From: Hormiphora californensis
Lineage: Eukaryota > Animalia > Ctenophora
Length of the DNA stretch: 64,000 bases
Assembly: GCA_020137815.1 (NCBI GenBank)
Contig: CM035351.1
Span: forward strand, 682,001-746,000
Direction of reading: 5' to 3'
Under the pieces are notes generated by a model that saw nothing but the letters and a program-made list of their open reading frames with translations, did no database searches and was not told where the DNA came from. Shown in pieces: positions 30,866-42,539 of the stretch (positions are counted from its first letter, which is position 1; each line of letters starts with the position of its first letter). The position numbers were made by a program, and so were the translations under genes.

Positions 30866-32081
30866 ACATGCTGACCCAATCAGAAGAGAGATACAAAGCA
30901 ATGCTGAAACATGACCTGATTTAAAATTCTCTTCTTTTACCATCAACAAACTTCTTTTGATGTTTTGTAATGTTTTATAAAAATCAATAACTCATTTACA
31001 CTTCTGAAGCGTCTGCCTATAAAACGCCACTGACATCATGCTATCATCAAAGACTGATTATCCATTATGACTCCTACTCTATCGGCTGATAATCGGTAAT
31101 AATTAACTAATGAACATACAGTTGATCGGTTGAACTATCAACTATACAGTATACGCCTTCGATTAGCGTCGCGGCCGATTAGCCCATGTACCTGCGACTA
31201 ACTATCAAATCTTCAAAGGTGTGTTGTCACTTTTAACTTATAGATTTAGCAGACTCTCAAATCTTTGTTATACTAAATGAATGAAGCTACGCTGCCTCCC
31301 ACAGCCGCACCGCACCAAGCCTTCGGCCCAGTACAGAGAGGACTCAATCTTACTCTTATGCGAGACTCTCAAATCTAGATTCTATAGAGGTGTATAATTG
31401 TAGTTTTAAGAGTGGTGCTTGGGTGCTTGTTAGTTATTGGGCATGTTGCGGCGTTGTTAGGGCGTGTTGCTAGGGACGCGTTATATGCTTTGGCCCATGT
31501 GTGTGTTATCGTATCCGATACGTCAGTAGAGCGGTACGTAGGTAAATTATAATTCGGGCACGTGAAAACGGAGAGGGAGAGGGGGAGACAGAGAGAGAGG
31601 GGGGAGAGAGGGAGATTAAGAGACTGTATTGAGGGATCCTATAGCTCCGTTCAGACTTGTGCCCACTGCACTATTTCTATAATTTTTGCTACTCTCCGAT
31701 CTATTCACTGTATTATTCTTTCTTTCTTTCTCTCTCGTTCTATTTCCACCACCTATAGATATATCTATCTCTCTAATCCCTATTTATCTCTGTGTATGCC
31801 CCCACCCCCTCTCTCTCTCTCTCTCCCTCCTCTCTCTCTCTCTACCTATCTCTCTCTCTCTCCCCTCTCTCTCCCCCTCTCTCTCTCTCCCCCTCTCTTT
31901 GATCCCTGTTCTAGCTATATAACAGAGATATAAGTGGTGTCCGCCATTATCATCACCCTCCTCCCCCTGCTCCTCCTAAGAGTAAGAGAGCAGGAAACGA
32001 CAGAGCTCTCTGTTTTGGTGCACTGTCATATTTGTGTTCTCTTCTTCTTACCCCCCTGAGCAATATTATAGAGGAGAGAAT

Positions 32082-32709
32082 ATGAAGGCGACTGCTCTAC
32101 TACTCCTATCATCAATCCTGATTATTCTAGTTTCAGGTATTATAGTTAGTCAGTTTGTCAATTTAGTAGTCTGCTGTAGTTGTGTTTTGAAATAATTAAT
32201 TGTTTTTCTACTGAATTCGCTAATTGATTCTTTTACAGGTGGTACAACGTGCCATAGAGATCCTAAAACTTTGAGTTGTTCATGTTTGAGTATGGAATTG
32301 AAAAGAAGAAATTGTCCCCCTTTCACAGACTCAATACTAGGTAAGCGTTTGTCATTCAGTAGGGTGATTGTTTCCTTTTTTTGTATCCTCCCCAAAGATT
32401 GTTGTAGTGTGAGCTAAACAAATACTTTCCTGATTTATCTTTAAAACACTACCCTTTGATACTGCTATATCTCCATCTAAACCCCCCTGCAGTAGTATAT
32501 ACTATCACATGATCCTTACTCCCACGAATCCTCCTCCCCCTTGTTACTCAACAACCTCCCCCTTGTTACCGCTTGTAACTCAACAACATCCCCCAGCTAA
32601 GCGGTGTGTAGAGTACAACAGTCGATGTAACAAGAAAGCTCTGAGTCTATCGGAACCAGTATGCTGCAAAGCTCTCCACTGCTATAGAGTAAGAATGGAA
32701 TGTGTGTGA
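32082..32709 (+). CDS. Secreted Cys-rich knottin-like peptide precursor 4 (89 aa); exons 32082-32136, 32239-32340, 32597-32709
   Basis: MKATALLLLSSILIILVSGGTTCHRDPKTLSCSCLSMELKRRNCPPFTDSILAKRCVEYNSRCNKKALSLSEPVCCKALHCYRVRMECV*. Intact frame (55+102+113 nt). AATAAA at ~32804 and ~32812. Confidence 0.9.
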
Positions 32710-32872
32710 ACCCCCGCCACCGGACTGAACTATCCACCGAACTCTCTTCCCCAAACATTTTTTCAGCGAATCTTAGCCCATTTATTAAATTATACTTCTT
32801 TTCAATAAATTAATAAAAAGTAAATGAGTTTGAGAATATAATTGCGCCAACAGTTAAAAGAGTATCCACTTA

Positions 32873-33576
32873 TCACCAAGAGTTTTTGGACATGGAGCCA
32901 TTAGAAAACTTGTACTTTTTACCTTTTTTAGGCTTCATTAGCAACTCTTTGTCCCTCTTCCTCTTTTTCCTTATTTGGTTTCTAGAGGTCCAGTTCCTCT
33001 TGTTGCCAGTAGTAATGGCCTCCTCGCCCATCACCTCGTCGTCTACTGTTTCTGGGGGGGGGGGGGATAAATATTAGTCTACTGTGTCTGGGGGGGGAGT
33101 AATAGTAGTCTACTGTGTCTGAATCAGGGGGGTCCACTAATGGTACTGTCTTGCAATAAGTAGTATCCCAAATACGAATGAAAACGCGGAGGTTTAAACA
33201 CCTCCTCGTTTTCATTCCTAGTGCAGCCCCCGTGACTCATCCCGGTAAACCACTCTCAGTGTATAATGTATATACGAGTTACGACATAGCTAGAGGTCTA
33301 AATCATAGATCATACGACGCAATATAAAATATTTTTTGCGGTACAAAAACTAAGTTCAATCAGCCGGGTGGTGGTGGGCTTACCGGTGGTAGTAGCAGCA
33401 GGGGTCTCTGTCACCACCTCCTCCTCAGCTTTACTCTTCTTATACTCTACAAGATACTCATTGAGGTTGCCCTTTTCCAGCAGCTGGTTCAGACTGGCAC
33501 GTTCTTTCAGTTCATATCTCTCCCTTTTGATGGCTCTGAACGCCCTCTTTTTCTTACTCCTGATACTGTGGCCCAT
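32873..33576 (-). CDS. LLPH: LLP homolog (small basic nucleolar protein), 2 exons (~33576-33384, ~33051-32873)
   Basis: The N-terminus MGHSIRSKKKRAFRAIKRERY resembles LLP MAKSLRSKWKRKMRAEKR. The C-terminus is Lys-rich: NWTSRNQIRKKRKRDKELLMKPKKGKKYKF. Confidence 0.7.
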
Positions 33577-33593
33577 TCTATTGTAGGTTGGGG

Positions 33594-33713
<120 letters not shown>

Positions 33714-34419
33714 TAGAAAGAGAGATAGAGATAGAAAGAGAGGAGAAAATAATAAAGCTGATAAAGTGATGCCTGATAGGGAAGATAATTGGCGGAGCAC
33801 GGAAGCATCTTAGCCTGCTGCAAATGGTGCTAAGTGTAATTAATACCGCAACAAATTCAAAACAGGAATGGCCCTATAATATTATGTTTAATACCGGAAA
33901 TAATAGGAAATAATAGGCGCTTCGAAGTTCGAACCTAATCCTTATTCCGCAATAGCCTAATCTGGGGGAGGGGGGCCTAATTTTTATTTCTACTGACCGC
34001 TAAGTAGAGGGTGAGGGAAACCTAAATTGGGAGGACTGAGAGTGGGAGGGGGTAGAATGAACTAATATTTTTAGCGGGGGGGGGGGGGGGGGTTGTAGCC
34101 ATCACATTGCTAAACAATTCCATTAGCTAGAGAGGGAAGTATGGGTTAGGGAAAATATAAAGCTTTGATTTGTTAATAAATCATCTCAAAAGCAGGGTCA
34201 AATCAAACAACCCTGTGCTTCAATTAAATCACAAATAAGAACTGGACATTATGTCCCAATGTTTATTACACACTCAAATAAAACGTAAAAACTCCTAAAA
34301 ATGGAGTGATTTATCTCCATGGCGACCTGCACCAAAAACATGTGAAAATGGGGAGATAATCAATAATCATATGGGAAGGCTATACTCTCTTTTTGACAGG
34401 GAGTTCAAATCATGGAATT

Positions 34420-34700
34420 ATTGAGCTCCCTGCTCCTTGCAATAGGGGGGGGATGTTGTGTGGGGAGTGCTCTAATTTGCTCCCTGCTCCTTGCAATAGA
34501 GGGAAATGTAATGCGGGGAGTGCTCTAATTTTGGGGAACTCCTTGCAATAGGGGGGATGTTGTGTGGGGAGTGCTCTAATTCCCCCGCCTCCCTGCTCCT
34601 TGCAATAGGGGGAAATGTTGTGTGGGGAGTGCTCTAATTTGCAGAGCTCCTTGCAGTAAAGGGATATGTTGTGTGGGGAGTGCTCTAATTTTGTGGAACT
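34420..34700. repeat. Degenerate ~55-bp tandem repeat (5 copies)
   Basis: Recurring ctccttgcaatagggggg.atgttgtgtggggagtgctctaatt. The last copy overlaps the stop codon of the adjacent gene. Confidence 0.85.
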
Positions 34701-36178
34701 CGACGGAAATCAGAGCGGAATTCACGAAGGGCTAGTTCTGCACGTTGGAGGCGCTGTTCAACAGATGACAGCCTATTCTCTATCTCAGAGACGTCACCTG
34801 CAATCAAGCAAGAGTTAGTTAGTTGTTATAGTCACAATGTTAGAGGGAGATTTAAATTTGGTTGCACCTTTGTAGAGCGCCCCGGCAAGGGAGGGGTAAC
34901 TTTGTTACCAATGAATATGGTCTAATAATATCTAGACCGTATAACTGGGGGAATTAGCTACTCCCCACTCTACTCACTCTGAGATGCAGGGGAGGGAGAG
35001 CAGATCCAGACGATGGCCTTGGCTAGCTGCCAGCTCATGAGGAGGACCATTGACTGGATGGGGTATTGGAGAATATAGTTGACCACAACGAGCAGTATTC
35101 CTCCTAGGTAGAGGACTGAGTGGAGCATAGCAGGTAGACCATACACACTCTTAATGCACACCTGGGAGAGGATGGAGGAGGGTGTTAGAGTTCTGTGTTT
35201 GTTTAGTACCAGCGAGTTATCTGCATCAAACCTCACCACTTCTACCCCAAATAACGGTATAATGCTCTAAATGACTATTACCATTAGTAGGGAGAGAGTG
35301 AAGCACGTCCAAAGGGAGAAGATCCTGACAAGGAATGTAGAGAGCAAGAGAAACACTCCACACAAACCCAGGGCGATTTGTTTCTGGTTTTCAGGTGTGA
35401 TATTCAGGTTGCCCACTGTGTGAAATAGTGTCGGGGTTAGTGTGACGAATTACTATAGGTTGTCAGTGATATTACACTGAATAATGCCACTGAGATCCTA
35501 GCCTGCCTTACAAATTGATCCGAATCGCAACATGACAGAGACAGGCAAGTCAGATTGGAAGATGTGTTAGTGCGCGCAACTCAAATGCTGACAATGACAT
35601 CTCGCGCGAGGGTGGTTCTCCGCGCGCTCCTGTTTAGATTACAGAAAAGTGCGACATCCTCGGACCACACTCTGACATTTCACATCTGCCGCAGACGGCG
35701 TGGAAACAAAGAAACTTACAGTCGATCCCAAAAACATCAGAGTATATGGCTGTAATTTCTCCATCAGCCATGGATTTTATCTTAAGAAGAGCAGAACCCC
35801 ACGAATCTTGGTCTCCCACCAGCTCCAGTTTCGCTATTTTCTCTTGGAACTTTTCAGTTAACACCTGAAGAAGTGTGTGGTTAACAACAGATCACTATTC
35901 CCATAAGAAGAGTTGAGCTATATAGTGACTCACTATGTAGTAAGTATATATCACAACCCTTCTTATGGGAATCCCTGGGTTCTCGAGGTCCGCTGCTTTC
36001 TCAGAGTAAACAATTAGCTGTACTTTTTCCACCCTCCCACCTGAGCAGAGTTCCGTACAGAGTTGAGACCTGTAGCGAACATATCTTGAAAGTCACCACC
36101 AGCAGAGTTAGCATTGGCCAGAAGGAGACAAGATGTCAGGGTACCACACCACAGAACTAATACTGCCACGGACTTCAT
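34685..36178 (-). CDS. Signal-peptide multi-pass membrane protein with a C-terminal coiled coil (BRI3BP/TMEM109-like architecture), 5 exons
   Basis: MKSVAVLVLWCGTLTSCLLLANA.../VLTEKFQEKIAKLEL.../...IALGLCGVFLLLSTFLVRIFSLWTCFTLSLLM/VCIKSVYGLPAMLHSVLYLGGILLVVVNYILQYP.../SDVSEIENRLSSVEQRLQRAELALREF...QN*. Phases are consistent. The family call rests on architecture only. Confidence 0.7.
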
Positions 36179-36728
36179 TCTTGCTAAAAAGGGAGAGAGA
36201 GTGAAGGGGTAGTTGTTATGGTGATGTAACATTTAATTTTGGATGAGAGTTGGGGATCCTACTTTTCTCTGGGGGGGGGGGGGGAGGAGAGGGAGAGATA
36301 GAGGGACGAGGGTATAGCTGAGGAGTGTAGGAGTGTGGGAAATCAAGTTATGGATACACCCCACTAAACGGTGCACAGCTAATGGCATACACTATGTGAA
36401 ACCCGCCAAGGATTCGGTGTGTTGTGAGTGTGTTCTAAGTTAGGGTTATTTGCTGAGAGTATGAGTGTGTTTATGGGAAGTAAACGGAAGTAAACATCCT
36501 AGTAATCAAAGCAAAAGCTAAGAAATTCTCTACACACGTTTACACATGTTACGCAATATATATATATAACAAAAATTCTCATTGAGTGAGCGCGGAGAGA
36601 GAGCGCGGCGAGCGGAGCGCGCGCGCGCGAGCGCCGAGAGGCGAGGCTCTCCTCCGCTTCGAGCTCTCTCTAGGCGCGCGCTCTCGCGCTCGCGCGATCT
36701 CCGCTCCGCGCTCTCTCTCTCTCTCTCC

Positions 36729-36814
<86 letters not shown>

Positions 36815-36867
36815 AAACTATAACAACAGAAAGGACACACTATCCCACTACATTTCAAAACACAAAA

Positions 36868-38647
36868 TCACCCACTCTTAGGAGTTCCACACACCTCACA
36901 CACAGTCTTCGAAGCCTGGTTGATCAGGGTACACACAGAGCAGTTCCAGGTGTCCCCTCCTGGGGCTGCTGTCAGGTCAGTATCCACTGCTAAGATCTGC
37001 TCCAAAGTCAACCATATTGGACTCTCTTTAAATGCCTGGACAACACCCCTATCTCCTGTACGGATAGCATTGCAGATATCGGTCATGTGCTCACGGAACT
37101 GACAACGTATCATTGGTACATAGGAACAGGAGCACATTAATATCAGATAGAGACTCCAAGAACTTTTCATCAGGCTGAGCTCGATAGTACTGCTTGAAGA
37201 TCTCTAGATCCACCGCCCTCCGGTGGAAAACAGGGAACTCTCCAGCTCCACCGGGCATTAGGGGTTCCTTCTGACCATCTTTTGGGGTTCCAGCAGGTAA
37301 CTGTAGTAGCAGGTAATCAACAGGTAGCGGCCGGGCCTCTTTAGTCACCACATTACCATACTCGTCCTTCTCTCTGAAGAACACATCAGGAACATACTGT
37401 TCTGCGCTACTTTGTTTCACATAGGCCATCCCAGGGTGCTCCCTTGCAGGTTGAAGGATGTTGTCCCGAACTAGAGCCATACACTGGTTAGAAACCTGGT
37501 AGGCGAACATCTCAATTGTATTAGCAGTATTCCCAGATACACACACTGTGGTAAACTTGCTGCCAAACCGACCATCTCTACTGACATCAGAGGGAGATGG
37601 GTAGTTGTTTTGGAAGTGGGCAGCGTGTATACACTCCTGGGCAGAAAGGAAGTAGGTATCCTTGTTCCGGAGAGACCGGACTGTTCCATCAGCTCGACTC
37701 AGTGCTTGTAGATCCGTGAATATCCACCCCACACAGGTGAGACCCAGACCCCGTGCTATTTCATCTACTACAGGCTGGTACGGATCCTCAAGGAACTCAA
37801 TTGATTTGGGGTCAGTGTTCTGGGGAGGTTCATAGATGAAACTCACAATAGACTTGATACCCAGAGGAACGTGAGTCTCCACATCATATCGGCCATATAG
37901 AAACCCAACTCTCTGATGACCTGTCTCCCTCCAGTACCCGATAAACCTCTCAACTATAGAGGCAGATTCGAACTCGATAAAATCGCAGTGCCTGTATTCT
38001 TGCTGGTTGAGGGTGACAGCAGGGGGCTGACACTGTGTACAGATACCTTCAGGCCAGGGTGGGTGCTTCACACATCCAGGTTTGATTTTACAGTCCATGT
38101 CCTCCATTTGTACAAACCTCCCATTAGAACCACCCCTTTTCTTCTTCAGATGGCTGTAATACGAGAGGTACTTGATCTTGTTCTCGGATAGGTAGTCAGC
38201 GTCATAGGGTTCAAGCGGGCTGCAGTGAACACACCTTCCTTTGTCGTTGTGGTTACACAGCAGGGGGTTCCTGGGTCGCTCTATCAGTCCATCACTTCTG
38301 GCTAACTTCCTATCGACCTCATCAAGTACTACACTCTCCATTGGTGTAGACACAGTAGAGGATGTTGGGCTGGTTATAGAGGAGGCAGCAGAGGAAGGGA
38401 GGGTATCAACTCGGGTTTTAATAAACAACATGTCTCCATGGTTTAGCTTCATTGCTTTTAGAGTCTGTCTGGTACGATGGTTCCCGAGGGGGTTCTTATC
38501 ACGGAGGTCTCTGTAGAGGGACAGTCGCTCCAGGGGTATGGAACATTTCTCGCTGAGCTGTCGAACAAGCTCGGAAAAGGCGCATGAAGAATCAATGGTA
38601 ACTCTCTCAGTTCCATTCGAGGATCGTACCCTCAGAATCATATTCAT
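36868..38647 (-). CDS. NPLOC4: Nuclear protein localization protein 4 (p97/Cdc48 cofactor) with C-terminal NZF zinc finger; CDS has no introns and one +1 shift near 37100
   Basis: Motifs ILRVRSSNGTERV, CNHNDKGRCVHCSPLEPYD, CVKHPPWPEGICTQCQPPAVTLNQQEYRH, IYEPPQ, VGWIFTDL, FGSKFTTVCVSG and ARPLPVDYLL. The second frame supplies WLTLEQIL and WNCSVCTLINQASKTVCEVCGTPK. Probable 5'UTR intron at ~38652-38743. Confidence 0.96.
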
Positions 38648-39280
38648 CGCCCTGAATGAGTTGAATTAGTTATATTTCAAAATGTGAAACAAAATCGACG
38701 CTACTGAGTCCAGGGGCAGGGATGAGGGATACAAGAAAACTACCTGTAGTACTTCGCCCCACTGGAGTGTGAGGGATACAAGCCTTCTGTAATTTTAGAC
38801 ACTAAAAAGATAGGGACGGCGTGGCCCCTCAACCCCCACCAGGAATTGCAGACCCAGGACTCAGGAGTCAGGACTTAAATCAAAATTACGATCACCTTCA
38901 GAGTTCAGTTTAGTCTTTACGTTAGAATCTAAAAATTTGATATGTATTTTTTACCTCCTTTTCGTGCAATGGGACACGGAACACGACTCGACACGGCCAA
39001 AGGGGCGAGAGATGAGGAAAGAAAGCGAAAAAGCGAGAACAGGAAAGGAAACAATAAATTAATTAATTCACGGTCTTGATAATTCTTCTTATCCTCTTCT
39101 TATTCACTTCACGTAACAAGCTCAGTGCGCAGAAAAAGGGCGCCGTTACGATCTGGATGTTTGGAGGCCTGTTTACAGGTGCGCGCTGCCAAAAAAGTTG
39201 ATTCACTAAAATGGCTCTACCCGCCAAACCACTCAACCGTTTTGGCTGATTCAAAGTTTACCTGGTAGGGTATGTCAAGG

Positions 39281-39336
39281 CCTAACCCCAACCCAAACCC
39301 CAACCCTAACCCTAACCCTACTTTAGCCCTAACCCT
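39281..39336. repeat. Short degenerate (CCCTAA)n telomere-like tract inside a probable interspersed repeat (~39060-39583, ending in (TAAA)n)
   Basis: cctaaccccaacccaaaccccaaccctaaccctaaccctactttagccctaacccta. Confidence 0.6.
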
Positions 39337-40831
39337 AAAAAACCGTTTGTCAGCACTCCCAAAACACCCAGATTTTAACGCTGGCCGCAGAAAAAGCGAG
39401 AAGGTCGAGCACAAGGTTTACAAACTGAGAACACGACTGTGCGGGTGTACCAGTATAGTGTTGTGTTGGCACACGGAGAAGGTGGGAGAGGGACACAACA
39501 AGAGTGGCTTCACAATCCACCACTCCTGGTACACCACGCACGTCCCATGCGACTTATAAACATAAATAAATAAATAAATAAATAGTAACTAAAATCTCAT
39601 CATTTTACGTTAAAAGTTCAACTTCGTGCATATTGATGGGCACGATCTTCCTCCTGTTCCCTCTAAGGGCGATCAGACAGGCCCTCAAAAGTCCGAATCT
39701 CAGCCTTGTTCTGAAGTGGCTGAAAAAGCGAGAACAAAAACTTTAAAAAAGACCGCGACAAAATTTGTAAAAAAAAAGTATAAAAGAACAGTCGCGCGCG
39801 GCAGCGCTTAAGTAATTTTTCGCGCGTTACAATGAATTTAAAAATTTAAAACTTTTAAAATTTAAAAAGTTTTTAAAAAGTTTCAAATTTTACAGCTGGT
39901 TAAGCTGTCACGTTTTAACCCAAAACTTAACGTCTCTGGAAGACTTCTAAAGAGTTGTATTATCCCAAACTACGAGAGGGGCCTGTAGCATATGCCAACT
40001 GAAGACACAAGTCAACAACAAGCGATCCGTAAAATTCAAGCCTCCAGGAGGCTCACAGGAGACTCTCTGGGGGCTCACTGGGGGCTCACCTGCATGACAG
40101 CATTGAGACGAAAGCACCCATAGTAGGAGACACACCGATATCACGGCGGCGGACGCATGAAGATCACACGTGATCAGGGTTTGTCGCCTGCTACTGGTTG
40201 CTGTTATCTCATGCTGTGGAGTGTCTCCTGTGGGCTGTGAGGCTCCCAGGACCCAGAGGCCTTCGATTTTAAATATTTTTATAGATTGCTTTCTGCTTTC
40301 GAATTCGAACTCTTTTTCGGATAACATCCACCAACAACAGATAACCTTTAAAAACGAGTAGGTATATTGGCTATGGCCTATCAGGCATCAGCAGGGCGAC
40401 CGAGGGATGTAACTAACCATGGGTTCATGAATTCAAATCATTGCAATGGTTTGAAATCATGAACCCAACTGTGGCCTTTTGGCTGTTACTGCACTGGGCT
40501 TGTATTTTTCATACTCATACCTAGAGAACACCGGGTGTGCAGTAGTTCCCTTTACCTTGGCAGCCCTCCCAAGACACTAGTTTTTCAATGTCCTAGTAAA
40601 TTAATGAATGGGGTGTGTAGAGCTGCACAGCTGTAGTACTAGGAGAATATACGAACATGTTGCATGTGATCCAGGTAAAATAAATTAACATGATACCCCA
40701 CCTTCACCGGATATCAGTTCAATATGTACAGAATCAATTAGATAGACAGATTGTGAAAAATCTTCCCCTCTCACTCTCTCTCTCTTAGTCTCATTGTCCA
40801 TATCTCTCTCATTCTCACCGAGATATTCTCA

Positions 40832-42498
40832 TTAGTCTTTTCTCCTCCCGCTGCCTGACCAGAAACACGTTTTAAAGAATAGTTTGGCACTATTAAAAAA
40901 CCTTGACATGGTCTCGGAGATACCATCTGCGATTGAGTCGCACATTTGTGTGATGCGATGCCCTACCCCGGCAGTTGGTCTGTCTCTCCTCCGCTCCTGC
41001 TGTCTGAAGTACCTCTCTTTGTCCTCGCTAATGTCTGATAGACTGGTGGGAGCACCAAACCGGGAACTGTTATCTTTATCAGTCTGAGAGAGGGAGGTGG
41101 TTAGTGATTTTGGTTAGTGAGGGAGATGATCAGGTGATTAGGTAATTGTTATAGAGGATGGTAGAGAGGGAGGGAGTAATTGTGGGAGCCGGGAAGGGGG
41201 TTGATAGTAATTATGAGATTCATTGTAACAAAAATAGATGTCGACATGGCCTAGACATGGCGTCTTCAGAGAAAGAGTTATTGTGGAAAGAGAAGAGGCC
41301 TCTTGAGGGGTTGATATAGCTAGAGATGGCGAGGACATGTGTCTGGATAATTTGTATGAGAAGGAGGATCTATTGTCCGGTGTAGTGGACCTTGACACAC
41401 ATGCTGCACCTGTCAAGACAACAATGCACTACCTCAAGAGAGAGAGAGAGAGGGTCCTGATAGTGCTCTAATATGAGCGAGGGATAATTATAGAACGGCG
41501 AGACATGTCAGCATAATAGAGTTTATTGTGTCCTATAATTTCGAGCTAGGCTAAATGTCACAAGTCCGATCTTTGATGCGCATTACAGACTGGTGTAATT
41601 GATGAATCGACAAATTCACTGGTTCCTATAATAGTGTCGCGACATGTGCTATTGATTTGTTCACTATATTGTGCTGGAATCATTGGTGCATCAGGATCTA
41701 ATTCTTTTCGGTTGGTGACCAAGTTGTTGGAGTTAGATATTCAGATCATATATCCGGTGTTATTTATTTGTATTACTAGATGCTAGCATGGTATATGGCA
41801 ATCTTAATGTCCCTTGATGCTAGTAGTAGTGGAATGATGAGCATGTCTATAACTGTATCATCACGGCCTCACGCAGCCACACTACTGATCTCTTATGTGA
41901 CGATAAGCAATCTTGATGTCTTCCTAGTCCTCCTACTGATATATGTATAATCATAATATATTTCATGTATGTATTTATATACCCCATATGTCCCGAAATA
42001 GTCCCTAACAGAGTCTCAAATTAATCCTGTAATAGTGGCCAGGGCCCCAAAATAATCTTAATGTACCCTTAGTCCCAAAATAGTCTTGTAACAATGTACT
42101 TGTACTATAAAGATGCTGACCCACCATCTACTAGTAGTATGAGAGCTGTCCTCTATACTGCACTTGTAGTGTGAACGCTCATGTTGTGATATCTTTCTAC
42201 ACGTCTTGATTATCAGCATACTATGTTGGTCAACTATATAATGCCACAAGGTGTTATGTTAATACAGTACCCTAGTCAGAATATAATACGTATTATTTTC
42301 AACAATACGTATTAAATACACGCGCAAATATGTATTTAATACGTATTAAATACGTATTATAAGCCGAAAATACAGAAAAGCCGCGCATTTAGCACTTGAG
42401 CCGCGCCATTAAACGTCCAAGCTGAGGCTGAAAGTCGCGTTGGATGAACCTAGAGCGCGGGAAAAACAGCAGCAATTCGTAGAAGGGACCAGCTGCAA

Positions 42499-42539
<41 letters not shown>

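Noticed and set aside
32509-32596. N-terminal part of the ORF MILTPTNPPPP as coding
   Set aside because: It is intronic. The acceptor at 32596 matches the paralogous exon boundary and restores the signal peptide and 4-Cys exons.
36585-36720. CG-rich tract as a CpG island or Z-DNA element
   Set aside because: It grades directly into a (CT)n microsatellite and looks like a degenerate or miscalled extension of it. It cannot be supported without reads.
39281-39336. Telomere or chromosome fusion site
   Set aside because: Only about nine degenerate units embedded in an interspersed repeat.
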